A stretch of DNA of 64,000 bases from the human T2T-CHM13v2.0 reference genome, Homo sapiens. A program made the position numbers and the translations under genes. Below the pieces are notes generated by a model, which saw only the letters and a list, made by a program, of their open reading frames with translations, did no database searches and had not been told where the DNA came from. Where the stretch lies: contig CP086569.2 in NCBI GenBank assembly GCA_009914755.4, forward strand, positions 35,872,001 through 35,936,000, written 5' to 3'. Shown here piece by piece: positions 28,762-42,905 of the stretch. Positions within the stretch are counted from its first letter, which is position 1; every line of letters begins with the position of its first letter.

Positions 28762-31700
28762 TGCAATTTAATAAAATAGGATCAAATGTAATGGAATGGA
28801 ATGGAAAGGAATCGAAACGAAAGGAATGGAGACAGATGGAATGGAATGGAACAGAGAGCAATGGTATAGAATGGAATGGAATCATCTGGAATGGAATTGA
28901 ATGGAATGGAATAATATGAAATGGAATGGAATGGAATGGAATGCCCTTGAATTAAATGGACTGGAATGGAATGGACTCAAACAGAGTGGAATGGAAAGTG
29001 TTGAAATAGAATGGAATGGACTCGTTTGGAATGGTCTAGTATGCAATGCAATCGACTGGCAGGGAATCAAGAGGAATGTAATCGAATGGATTGGACTGGA
29101 ATGCAATGGACTCGAATAGATTGGAAACGGAATTCAAAGGAATGGAATGGAATAGTATGGAATGGAATGGAAAGGAATGGAGTGGAATAGACTAGAGTGG
29201 AATGGAATGGACTCGAAAGCAATGGACTGGAATGGAACTTTCTTGAATGGACTGGAATCAAACGGAATGGAATGCAATGCAATCAAATGGCATGGAATAA
29301 AATAGAATGAAAGAGAATCAAATGGAATTGAATCGAATGGAATCGAATGGATTGGAAAGGAATAGAATGGAATGGAATGGAATTGACTCAAATGGAATGG
29401 ACTAGAATGGAATGGATTCGAATGGAAGGCAAAGGAATGGAATCTATTGGAATGGACTGTAATGGAATGGAATGGAAGGGATTGGAATGGACTCGAATGG
29501 AATGGACTGCAATAGAAAAGATTCGAATGGAATGAAAAAGAATTGAATGGAATAGAACAGAATGGAATCAAATCGAATGAAATGGAATGGAAGAGAAAGG
29601 AATGGAATGAAATGGAATGGAAAGGATTCGAATGGAATGCAATCGAATGGAATGCAATCGAATGGAATGGAATCGAACGGAATGGAATAAAATGGAAGAA
29701 AACTGGCAAGAAATGGAATCGAAATGAATGGAGTGTTATGGAACGGACTCAAAAGGAATTGAATGTAATAGAATGGAGTGGAGTGGACTCGAATATAATG
29801 GACTGGAATGGAATGAAATCACATGGAATGGGAACGAATGGAATGGAATGGAAAGGAATGGAATGGAAAGGAATGGAATCGAATGGAAAGGAATCGAATG
29901 GAAGGGAATGAAATTGAATCAACAGGAATGGAAGGAAGTAGAATAGACGGTAATGGAATGGACTCGAATAGAATGGACACGAATGCTCATATTGAATGGA
30001 CTCGAATGGAATGGAAACGAAAGGAATGTCGTCGAATGGAATTGAATCGATTGGAATGAAATCGCATAGAATGGAGTGGAATCAAATGGAATTGAATCGA
30101 AAGGAAAGGAAGCGAATGGTCTGAAATGAAATGGAATGGAATTGAATGGAAAGTAATGCAAGGGAATAGAATGGAACGAAATTTCACGGAATGGAATCAA
30201 ACTGAATGGAATCAAATCAATGGAATATAATCAAATGGCATGGAAAGGAATTGAATGGAGTAGATTGGATTGGATGGGATTGGAATGAAATGTACTGGAA
30301 AGGACTCGAATTTCATGAAATGGAATGGAATGAACTGGAACGGAATGGACTCGAATGGAATGGAATGTCATGGAATGGCATCAAATGGAATGGCATCAAA
30401 TGGAATGGAATCGAATGCAATGGAATGCTATGGAATGGAATGGAATGCATTGGAATGGAATGTCCCCTAATGGAATGGATTCGAGTGGAATGGAATCGAA
30501 TATAATGGAGTCGAATGAAATGGAATTGAAAGGAAAGGGATCGAATACAATGGAATATACTGGAATGTAATGTAATGAACTCGAATGTAATTGACTAGAA
30601 TGGAATGTACATGAATGGAATGTAATCGAATGGAAAATAATCTCATGGAATAGAATCTAATGCAATAAAATCGACTCAAATAGAATAGAATGGAATGGAA
30701 TGGAGTGCAGTGCAATGGAATGGAATGGAATGGAATGCAATGGAATGGAATGGAATGGGATGGAATGGTATGGGATGGATAGAAATGGACTGGAGTGAAA
30801 TGGACTGGAAAGTAATGCACTCAAATTGAAAGAGCTCGAAAGAATGGAGTCAAATGGAATGTTCTGGAATGGAATGAACACGAATGTAATGCAATCCAAT
30901 AGAATGGAATCGAATGGCATGGAATATAAAGAAATGGAATCGAAGAGAATGGAAACGAATGGAATGGAATTGAATGGAATGGGAACGAATGGAGTGAAAT
31001 TGTATGCAGTAGAAGAGAATAGAATGGAATGCAAGCGAAAGGAAAGGAATGGATTGGAATGGAATGGAATTCATTGGAATGGAAGGGAATGTAGTGTAAT
31101 GGACAGGCCTGGAATAAAGTGGAATGCTACGGTCTCGAATGGAATAAAAATGTATGGAATGGAATGCAATGAAACGGAATCGAATGTCATAGAATGTAAT
31201 GGAATGCAAAAAAATGGAATCCAAAATCATTGACTGGAAAGGCTGGATGTCGAAAGGAATTGACTCCAATGGAATGGAATCGAATGGAATGGAAGTGAAT
31301 AGAATGGAACTAAATCGAATGGAATGGAATTGATAGGAACGGAATGGAAAGGAATGCAATGATTTGGCATGGAATGGAAACGAATGGTATCTAATGGAAT
31401 GGAATGGAATGTAATGGAATGGAATGTATTAGAATGTAATGAACTTTAATGGAATGTACTCGAATGGATTCGACTGGAATGGAATGTTCTGGAAGTGAAT
31501 GGACTCCAATGGAATGGATTGAAACGGAATGGAATCGTACGGAATGGAATCTAATGGAATGGAATTAAATGGAAATGAATCAAATTGAATAGAACGGAAT
31601 TGAATTGAATGGAATGGAATGCAATGGAATCTAATGAAACGGAAAGGAAAGGAATGGAATGGAATGGAATGGGCTGGAATGGAAAGGAATCGAAACGAAT

Positions 31701-32308
31701 GGAATGGAATCGAACTGAAGAGACTGGAATGGAATGCACTGGAATGGAAGGGAGTGTAATGGAAGGTTCTCGAAAAAAATGGAATCGAATGGAATGGAAT
31801 TGAATGGAACGGAATAGAGTCGAATGGAATTGAATGGAATGGAATGGACTAGAGTGAAATGGAATCGAACCACAAGGAATGGACAGGAATAGAATGGTCT
31901 CGAATTGAATGGAATCATATGGAATGGCATCAAACGGAATGGAATGGACAGCCACGGAATGGAATGCACTCGAATGCAATGGAGTCGAAACTAATGGATG
32001 GAATAGAATGGACTTGACTGGTACGGACTCCAATGGAATGGAATCGAATGGAAGGGAATCGAACGGAATGGACTCGAAGGGAAAAGACTGCAATGGAAAG
32101 GTCTCCAATGGAATGGAAATTAATGGAATGGAATGGAATCGAATGAAATGGAGTCAAAAGGAATGGAATCGAATGGCAAGAAATCGAATGTAATGGAATC
32201 GCAAGGAATTGATGTGAACGGAACGGAATGGAATGGAATCCAAAGGAATGGAATAGAATGGAATGGAATCGAATGGAAAGGACACGAATGGAAATCACTC
32301 GAATAGAA
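28762..32308 (+). repeat. HOR unit 9, 3547 bp. Its 5' ~1.9 kb is identical to unit 8; it then switches to another subtype.
   Basis: Anchor at 28762 and 32309. Identity with the -3574 copy ends near 30.7 kb: ORF 30467..30820 versus 26893..27405 diverge at the N-terminal end. Island triplet ggctgGATgtcg at ~31244, the same state as unit 2. Confidence 0.8.
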
Positions 32309-35300
32309 TGCAATTTAATAAAATAGGATCAAATGTAATGGAATGCAATGGAAAGGAATCGAAACGAAAGGAATGGAGACAGATGGAATGGAATGGAACA
32401 GAGAGCAATGGTATAGAATGGAATGGAATCATCTGGAATGGAATTGAATGGAATGGAATAATATGAAATGGAATGGAATGGAATGGAATGGAATGCCCTT
32501 GAATTAAATGGACTGGAATGGAATGGACTCGAACAGAGTGGAATGGAAAGTGTTGAGATAGAATGGAATGGACTCCTTTGGAATGGTCTAGTATGCAATG
32601 CAATCGACTGGCAGGGAATCAAAAGGAATGTAATGGAATGGATTGGACTGGAATGCAATGGACTCGAATAGATTGGAAACGGAATGCAAAGGAATGGAAT
32701 GGAATAGTATGGAATGGAATGGAAAGGAATGGAGTGGAATAGACTAGAGTGGAATGGAATGGACTGGAAAGCAATGGACTGGAATGGAACTTTCTTGAAT
32801 GGACTGGAATCAAACGGAATGGAATGCAATGCAATCAAATGGCATAGAATAAGATAGAATGAAAGAGAATCAAATGGAATTGAATGGAATGGAATCGAAT
32901 GGATTGGAAAGGAATAGAATGGAATGGAATGGAATTGACTCAAATGGAATGGACTAGAATGGAATGGATTCGAATGGAAGGCAAAGGAATGGAATCTATT
33001 GGAATGGACTGTAATGGAATGCAATGGAAGGGATTGGAATGGACTCGAATGGAATGGACTGCAATAGAAAGGATACGAATGGAATGAAAAAGAATTGAAT
33101 GGAATAGAACAGAATGGAAACAAATCGAATGAAATGGAATGGAATAGAAAGGAATGGAATGAAATGGAATGGAAAGGATTCGAATGGAATGCAAACGAAT
33201 GGAATGGAATCGAACGGAATGGAATAAAATGGAAGAAAACTGGCAAGAAATGGAATCGAAATGAATGGAGTGTTATGGAAGGGACTCAAAAGGAATTGAA
33301 TGTAATAGAATGGAGTGGAGTGGACTCGAATATAATGGACTTGAATGGAATGAAATCACATGGAATGGGAACGAATGGAATGGAATGGAAAGGAATGGAA
33401 TCGAATGGAAAGGAATCGAATGGAAGGGAATGAAATTGAACCAACAGGAATGGAAGGGAATAGAATAGACGGTAGTGGAATGGACTCGAATAGAATGGAC
33501 ACGAATGCTCAAATTGAATGGACTCGAATGGAATGGAAACGAAAGGAATGTCATCGAATGGAATTGAATCGATTGGAATGAAATCGCATAGAATGGAGTG
33601 GAATCAAATGGAATTGAATCGAAAGGAAAGGAAGCGAATGGACTGAAATGAAATGGAATGGAATTGAATGGAAAGTAATGCAATGGAATAGAATGGAACG
33701 AAATTTCACGGAATGGAATCAAACTGAATGGAATCAAATCAATGGAATCTAATCAAATGGAATGGAAAGGAATTGAATGGAGTAGATTGGATTGGATGGG
33801 ATTGGAATGAAATGTACTGGAAAGGACTGGAATTTCATGAAACGGAATGGAATGAATTGGAACGGAATGGACTCGAATGGAATGGAATGTCATGGAATGG
33901 CATCAAATGGAATGGCATCAAATGGAATGGAATCGAATGCAATGGAATGCTATGGAATGGAATGGAATGCATTGGAATGGAATGTCCTCTAATGGAATGG
34001 ATTCGAGTGGAATGGAATCGAATATAATGGAGTCGAATGAAATGGAATTGAAAGGAATGGGATCGAATACAATGGAATATACTGGAATGTAATGTAATGA
34101 ACTCGAATGTAATTGACTGGAATGGAATGTATATGAATGGAATGTAATCGAATGGAAAGTAATCCAATGGAATAGAATCTAATGCAATAAAATCGACTCA
34201 GATAGAGTAGAATGTAATGGAATGGAGTGCAGTGCAATGGAATGGAATGGAATGGAATGCAATGGAATGGAATGGAATGGGATGGAATGGTATGGAATGG
34301 ATAGTAATGGACTGGAGTGAAATGGACTGGAAAGGAATGGACTCAAATTGAAAGGGCTCGAAAGGAATGGAGACAAATGGAATGGTCTGGAATGGAATGA
34401 ACACGAATGTAATGCAATCCAATAGAATAGAGTCGAATGGCATGGAATATAAAGAAATGGAATCGAAGAGAATAGAAACAAATGGAATGGAATTGAATGG
34501 AATGGAATTGAGTGGAATGGGAACGAATGGAGTGAAATTGTATGCAGTAGAAGAGAATAGAATGGAATGCAAGCGAAAGGAAAGGAATGGATTGGAATGG
34601 AATGGAATTCATTGGAATGGAAGGGAATGTAGTGTAATGGACAGGCCTGGAATAAAGTGGAATGCTACGGTCTCGAGTGGAATAAAAATGTATGGATTGG
34701 AATGCAATGAAACGGAATCGAATGTCATAGAATGTAATGGAATGCAAAAAAATGGAATCCGAAATCATTGACTGGAAAGGCTGGGTGTCGAAAGGAATTG
34801 ACTCCAATGGAATGGAATCGAATGGAATGGAAGTGAATAGAATCGAACTAAATCGAATGGAATGGAATTGATAGGAACGGAATGGAAAGGAATGCAATGA
34901 TTTGGCATGGAATGGAATCGAATGGCATCGAATGGAATGGAATGGAATGCAATGGAATGGAATGTATTAGAATGTAATGAACTTTAATGGAATGTACTCG
35001 AAAGGATTTGACTGGAATGGAATGTTCTGGAAGTGAATGGACTCCAATGGAATGGATTCGAAAGGAATGGAATCGTACGGAATGGAATCTAATGGAATGG
35101 AATTAAATGGAAATGAATCAAATTGAATAGCACGGAATTGAATTGAATGGAATGGAATGCAATGGAATCTAATGAAACGGAAAGGAAAGGAATGCAATGG
35201 AATGGAATGGGCTGGAATGGAAAGGAATCGAAACGAATGGAATGGAATCGAACTGAAGAGACTGGAATGGAATGCACTGGAATGGAAGGGAGTGTAATGG

Positions 35301-35847
35301 AAGGTTCTCGAAAAAAATGGAATCGAATGGAATGGAATTGAGTGGAACGGAATAGAGTCGAATGGAATTGAATGGAATGGAATGGACTAGAGTGAAATGG
35401 AATCGAACCACAAGGAATGGACAGGAATAGAATGGTCTCGAACTGAATGGAATCGTATGGAATGGCATCAAACGGAATGGAATGGACAGCCACGGAATGG
35501 AATGCACTCGAATGCAATGGAGTCGAAACTAATGGACTGGAATAGAATGGACTCGACTGGTACGGACTCCAATGGAATGGAATCGAATGGAAGGGAATCG
35601 AACGGAATGGACTCAAAGGGAAAAGACTGCAATGGAACGGTCTCGAATGGAATGGAAATTAATGGAATGGAATGGAATCGAATGAAATGGAGTCAAAAGG
35701 AATGGAATCGAATGGCAAGAAATCGAATGTAATGGAATCGCAAGGAATTGATATGAACGGAACGGAATGGAATGGAATCCAAAGGAATGGAATAGAATGG
35801 AATGGAATCGAATGGAAAGGACTCGAATGGAAATCACTCGAATAGAA
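32309..35847 (+). repeat. HOR unit 10, 3539 bp, near-identical to unit 3
   Basis: Anchor at 32309 and 35848. ORFs 32329..33246, 33273..33737, 34343..34897 and 35089..35616 match 7493..8410, 8437..8901, 9507..10061 and 10253..10780 at a constant offset of 24836. Confidence 0.85.
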
Positions 35848-38800
35848 TGCAATTTAATAAAATAGGATCAAATGTAATGGAATGGAATGGAAAGGAATCG
35901 AAACGAAAGGAATGGAGACAGATGGAATGGAATGGAACAGATAGCAATGGTATACAATGGAATGGAATCATCTGGAATGGAATTGAATGGAATGCAATAA
36001 TATGAAATGGAATGGAATGGAATGGAATGGAATGCCCTTGAATTAAATGGACTGGACTCGAACAGAGTGGAATGGAAAGTGTTGAGATAGAATGGAATGG
36101 ACTCCTTTGGAATGGTCTAGTATGCAATGCAATCGACTGGCAGGGAATCAAAAGGAATGTAATGGAATGGATTGGACTGGAATGCAATGGACTCGAATAG
36201 ATTGGAAACGGAATGCAAAGGAATGGAATGGAATAGTATGGAATGGAATGGAAAGGAATGGAGTGGAATAGACTAGAGTGGAATGGAATGGACTGGAAAG
36301 CAATGGACTGGAATGAAACTTTCTTGAATGGACTGGAATCAAACGGAATGGAATGCAATGCAATCAAATGGCATGGAATAAGATAGAATGAAAGAGAATC
36401 AAATGGAATTGAATCGAATGGAATCGAATGGATTGGAAAGGAATAGAATGGAATGGAATGGAATTGACTCAAATGGAATGGACTAGAATGGAATGGATTC
36501 CAATGGAAGGCAAAGGAATGGAATCTATTGGAATGGACTGTAATGGAATGGAATGGAAGGGATTGGAATGGACTCGAATGGAATGGACTGCAATAGAAAG
36601 GATTCGAATGGAATGAAAAAGAATTGAATGGAATAGAACAGAATGGAATCAAATCGAATGAAATGGAATGGAATAGAAAGGAATGGAATGAAATGGAATG
36701 GAAAGGATTCGAATGGAATGGAATCGAATGGAATGGAATCGAACGGAATGGAATAAAATGGAAGAAAACTGGCAAGAAATGGAATCGAAATGAATGGAGT
36801 GTTATGGAACGGACTCAAAAGGAATTGAATGTAATAGAATGGAGTGGAGTGGACTCGAATATAATGGACTGGAATGGAATGAAATCACATGGAATGGGAA
36901 CGAATGGAATGGAATGGAAAGGAATGGAATCGAATGGAAAGGAATCGAACGGAAGGGAATGAAATTGAATCAACAGGAATGGAAGGGAATAGAATAGACT
37001 GTAATGGAATGGACACGAATAGAATGGACACGAATGCTCAAATTGAATGGACTCGAATGGAATGGAAAGGAAAAGAAAGTCATCGAATGGAATTGAATCG
37101 ATTGGAATGAAATCGCATAGAATGGAGTGGAATCAAATGGAATTGAATCGAAAGGAAAGGAAGCGAATGGACTGAAATGAAATGGAATGGAATTGAATGG
37201 AAAGTAATGCAATGGAATAGAATGGAACGAAATTTCACGGAATGGAATCAAACTGAATGGAATCAAATCAATGGAATATAATCAAATGGAATGGAAAGGA
37301 ATTGAATGGAGTAGATTGGATTGGATGGGATTGGAATGAAATGTACTGGAAAGGACTCGAATTTCATGAAACGGAATGGAATGAATTAGAACGGAATGGA
37401 CTCGAATGGAATGGAATGTCATGGAATGGCATCAAATGGAATGGAATCGAATGCGATGGAATGCTATGGAATGGAATGGAATGCATTGGAATGGAATGTC
37501 CTCTAATGGAATGTATTCGAGTGGAATGGAATCGAATATAATGGAGTCTAATGAAATGGAATTGAAAGGAATGGGACCGAATACAATGGAATATACTGGA
37601 ATGTAATGTAATGAACTCGAATGTAATTGACTGGAATGGAATGTACATGAATGGAATGTAATCGAATGGAAAGCAATCCAATGGAATAGAATCTAATGCA
37701 ATAAAATCGACTCAAATAGAGTAGAATGTAATGGAATGGAGTGCAGTGCAATGGAATGGAATGGAATGGAATGCAATGGAATGGAATGGAATGGAATGGA
37801 ATGGGATGGAATGGTATGGAATGGATAGTAATGGACTGGAGTGAAATGGACTGGAAAAGAATGGACTCAAATTGAAAGGGCTCGAAAGGAATGGAGTCAA
37901 ATGGAATGGTCTGGAATGGAATGAACACGAATGTAATGCAATCCAATGGAATGGAATCGAATGGCATGGAATATAAAGAAATGGAATCGAAGAGAATGGA
38001 AACAAATGGAATGGAATTGAATGGAATGGAATTGAATGGAATGGGAACGAATGGAGTGAAATTGTATGCAGTAGAAGAGAATAGAATGGAATGCAAGCGA
38101 AAGGAAAGGAATGGATTGGAATGGAATGGAATTCATTGGAATGGAAGGGAATGTAGTGTAATGGACAGGCCTGGAATAAAGTGGAATGCTACGGTCTCGA
38201 ATGGAATAAAAATGTATGGAATGGAATGCAATGAAACGGAATCGAATGTCATAGAATGTAATGGAATGCAAAAAAATGGACTCCAAAATCATTGACTGGA
38301 AAGGCTGGGGGTCGAAAGGAATTGACTCCAATGGAATGGAATCGAATGGAATGGAAGTGAATAGAATCGAACTAAATCGAATGGAATGGAATTGATAGGA
38401 ACGGAATGGAAAGGAATGCAATGATTTGGCATGGAATGGAATCGAATGGCATCGAATGGAATGGAATGGATTGCAATGGAATGGAATGTATTAGAATGTA
38501 ATGAACTTTAATGGAATGTACTCGAATGGATTCGACTGGAATGGAATGTTCAGGAAGTGAATGGACTCCAATGGAATGGATTCGAAAGGAATGGAATCTA
38601 ATGGAATGGAATTAAATGGAAATGAATCAAATTGAATAGAACGGAATTGAATTGAATGGAATCGAATGCAATGGAATCTAATGAAACGGAAAGGAAAGGA
38701 ATGGAATGGATTGGAATGGAATGGGCTGGAATGGAATGGAATCGAAACGAATGGAATGGAATCGAACTGAAGAGACTGGAATGGAATGCACTGGAATGGA

Positions 38801-39381
38801 AGGGAATGTAATGGAAGGTTCTCGAAAAAAATGGAATCGAAAGGAATGGAATTGAATGGAACGGAATAGAGTCGAATGGAATTCAATGGAATGGAATGGA
38901 CTAGAGTGAAATGGAATCGAACCACAAGGAATGGACAGGAATAGAATGGTCTCGAATTGAATGGAATCGTATGGAATGGCATCAAACGGAATGGAATGGA
39001 CAGCCACGGAATGGAATGGACACCCACGGAATGGAATGCACTCGAATGCAATGGAGTCGACACTAATGGACTGGAATAGAATGGACTCGACTGGTACGGA
39101 GTCCAATGGAATGGAATCGAATGGAAGGGAATCGAACGGAATGGACTCGAAGTGAAAAGACTGCAATGGAAAGGTCTCCAATGGAATGGAAATTAATGGA
39201 ATGGAATGGAATCGAATGAAATGGAGTCAAAAGGAATGGAATCGAATGGCAAGAAATCGAATGTAATGGAATCGCAAGGAATGGATGTGAACGGAACGGA
39301 ATGGAATGGAATCCAAAGGAATGGAATAGAATGGAATGGAATCGAATGGAAAGGACTCGAATGGAAATCACTCGAATAGAA
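35848..39381 (+). repeat. HOR unit 11, 3534 bp, same subtype as unit 4
   Basis: Anchor at 35848 and 39382. Shares with unit 4 the 10-bp deletion (~36055, atggactggactcgaacag), the 20-bp tandem duplication (~38997-39036) and the island triplet GGG (~38295). The 313-aa ORF 35834..36775 corresponds to 10998..11939 at offset 24836. Confidence 0.85.
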
Positions 39382-42300
39382 TGCAATTTAATAAAATAGG
39401 ATCAAATGTAATGGAATGGAATGGAAAGGAATAGAAATGAAAGGAATGGAGACAGATGGAATGGAATGGAACAGAGAACAATGGTATAGAATGGAATGGA
39501 ATAATCTGGAATGGAATTGAATGGAATGGAATAATATGAAATGGAATGGAATGGAATGGAATGCCCTTGAATTAAATGGACTGGAATGGAATGGACTCGA
39601 ACAGAGTGGAATGGAAAGTGTTGAAATAGAATGGAATGGACTCGTTTGGAATGGTCTAGTATGCAATGCAATCGACTGGCAGGGAATCAAAAGGAATGTA
39701 ATCGAATGGATTGGACTGGAATGCAATGGACTCGAATAGATTGGAAACGGAAAGCAAAGGAATGGAATGGAATAGTATGGAATGGAATGGAAAGGAATGG
39801 AGTGGAATAGACTAGAGTGGAATGGAATGGACTCGAAAGCAATGGACTGGAATGGAACTTTCTTGAATGGACTGGAATCAAACGGAATGGAATGCAATGC
39901 AATCAAATGGCATGGAATAAAATAGAATGAAAGAGAATCAAATGGAATTGAATCGAATGGAATCGAATGGATTGGAAAGGAATAGAATGGAATGGAATGG
40001 AATTGACTCAAATGGAATGGACTAGAATGGAATGGATTCGAATGGAAGGCAAAGGAATGGAATCTATTGGAATGGACTGTAATGGAATGGAATGGAAGGG
40101 ATTGGAATGGACTCGAATGGAATGGACTGCCATAGAAAGGATTCGAATGGAATGAAAAAGAATTGAATGGAATAGAACAGAATGGAATCAAGTCGAATGA
40201 AATGGAATGGAATAGAAAGGAATGGAATGAAATGGAATGGAAAGGATTCGAATGGAATGCAATCGAATGGAATGCAATCGAATGGAATGGAATCGAACGG
40301 AATGGAATAAAATGGAAGAAAACTGGCAAGAAATGGAATCGAAATGAATGGAGTGTTATGGAACGGACTCAAAAGGAATTGAATGTAATAGAATGGAGTG
40401 GAGTGGACTCGAATATAATGGACTGGAATGGAATGAAATCACATGGAATGGGAACGAATGGAATGGAATGGAAAGGAATGGAATCGAATGGAAAGGAATC
40501 GAATGGAAGGGAATGAAATTGAATCAACAGGAATGGAAGGGAGTAGAATAGACGGTAATGGAATGGACTCGAATAGAATGGACACGAATGCTCAAATTGA
40601 ATGGACTCGAATGGAATGGAAACGAAAGGAATGTCATCGAATGGAATTGAATCGATTGGAATGAAATCACATAGAATGGAGTGGAATCAAATGGAATTGA
40701 ATCGAAAGGAAAGGAAGCGAATGGACTGAAATGAAATGGAATGGAATTGAATGGAAATTAATTCAATGGAATAGAATGGAACGAAATTTCACGGAATGGA
40801 ATCAAACTAAATGGAATCAAATCAATGGAATATAATCAAATGGAATGGAAAGGAATTGAATGGAGTAGATTGGATTGGATGGGATTGGAATGAAATGTAC
40901 TGGAAAGGACTCGAATTTCATGAAACGGAATGGAATGAATTAGAACGGAATGGACTCGAATGGAATGGAATGTCATGGAATGGCATCAAATGGAATGGAA
41001 TCGAATGCGATGGAATGCTATGGAATGGAATGGAATGCATTGGAATGGAATGTCCTCTAATGGAATGTATTCGAGTGGAATGGAATCGAATATAATGGAG
41101 TCTAATGAAAGGGAATTGAAAGGAATGGGACCGAATACAACGGAATATACTGGAATGTAATGTAATGAACTCGAATGTAATTGACTGGAATGGAATGTAC
41201 ATGAATGGAATGTAATCGAATGGAAAGCAATCCAATGGAATAGAATCTAATGCAATAAAATCGACTCAAATAGAGTAGAATGTAATGGAATGGAGTGCAG
41301 TGCAATGGAATGGAATGGAATGGAATGCAATGGAATGGAATGGAATGGAATGGAATGGGATGGAATGGTATGGAATGGATAGTAATGGACTGGAGTGAAA
41401 TGGACTGGAAAAGAATGGACTCAAATTGAAAGGTCTCGAAAGGAATGGAGTCAAATGGAATGGTCTGGAATGGAATGAACACGAATGTAATGCAATCCAA
41501 TAGAATGGAATCGAATGGCATGGAATATAAAGAAATGGAATCGAAGAGAATGGAAACAAATGGAATGGAATTGAATGGAATGGAATTGAATGGAATGGGA
41601 ACGAATGGAGTGAAATTGTATGCACTAGAAGAGAATAGAATGGAATGCAAGCGAAAGGAAAGGAATGGATTGGAATGGAATGGAATTCATTGGAATGGAA
41701 GGGAATGTAGTGTAATGGACAGGCCTGGAATAAAGTGGAATGCTACGGTCTCGAATGGAATAAAAATGTATGGAATGGAATGCAATGAAACGGAATCGAA
41801 TGTCATAGAATGTAATGGAATGCAAAAAAATGGACTCCAAAATCATTGACTGGAAAGGCTGGGTGTCGAAAGGAATTGACTCCAATGGAATGGAATCGAA
41901 TGGAATGGAAGTGAATAGAATGGAACTAAATCGAATGGAATGGAATTGATAGGAACGGAATGGAAAGGAATGCAATGATTTGGCATGGAATGGAATCGAA
42001 TGGCATCGAATGGAATGGAATGGAATGCAATGGAATGGAATGTATTAGAATGTAATGAACTTTAATGGAATATACTCGAATGGATTCGACTGGAATGGAA
42101 TGTTCTGGAAGTGAATGGACTCCAATTGAATGGATTCGAAAGGAATGGAATCTAATGGAATGGAATTAAATGGAAATGAATCAAATTGAATAGAACGGAA
42201 TTGAATTGAATGGAATCGAATGCAATGGAATCTAATGAAACGGAAAGGAAAGGAATGGAATGGATTGGAATGGAATGGGCTGGAATGGAATGGAATCGAA

Positions 42301-42905
42301 ACGAATGGAATGGAATCGAACTGAAGAGACTGGAATGGAATGCACTGGAATGGAAGGGAATGTAATGGAAGGTTCTCGAAAAAAATGGAATCGAAAGGAA
42401 TGGAATTGAATGGAACGGAATAGAGTCGAATGGAATTCAATGGAATGGAATGGACTAGAGTGAAATGGAATCGAACCACAAGGAATGGACAGGAATAGAA
42501 TGGTCTCGAATTGAATGGAATCGTATGGAATGGCATCAAACGGAATGGAATGGACAGCCACGGAATGGAATGCACTCGAATGCAATGGAGTCGACACTAA
42601 TGGACTGGAATAGAATGGACTCGACTGGTACGGACTCCAATGGAATGGAATCGAATGGAAGGGAATCGAACGGAATGGACTCGAAGGGAAAAGACTGCAA
42701 TGGAAAGGTCTCGAATGGAATGGAAATTAATGGAATGGAATGGAATCGAATGAAATGGAGTCAAAAGGAATGGAATCGAATGGCAAGAAATTGAATGTAA
42801 TGGAATCGCAAGGAATTGATGTGAACGGAACGGAATGGAATGGAATCGAAAGGGATGGAATGGAATCGAATGGAAAGGACTCGAATGGAAATCACTCGAA
42901 TAGAA
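39382..42905 (+). repeat. HOR unit 12, 3524 bp, near-identical to unit 5
   Basis: Anchor at 39382 and 42906. ORFs 41102..41650 and 42045..42575 match 16266..16814 and 17209..17739 at offset 24836. Confidence 0.85.

Larger units (their letters stand above)
20100..30700 (+). repeat. Run of ~2.95 near-identical 3,574-bp HOR copies. The copies at ~23.7-27.3 kb and ~27.3-30.7 kb look identical; the copy at ~20.1-23.7 kb is ~99.5% identical.
   Basis: ORFs 20143..20547 = 23717..24121 = 27291..27695, and 20149..20673 = 23723..24247 = 27297..27821. Every ORF from 24317 to 26996 has an exact twin at +3574. The copy at 20.1-23.7 kb differs from the next by only about 15 scattered amino-acid substitutions, for example in 20743..21273 versus 24317..24847. 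Confidence 0.85.
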
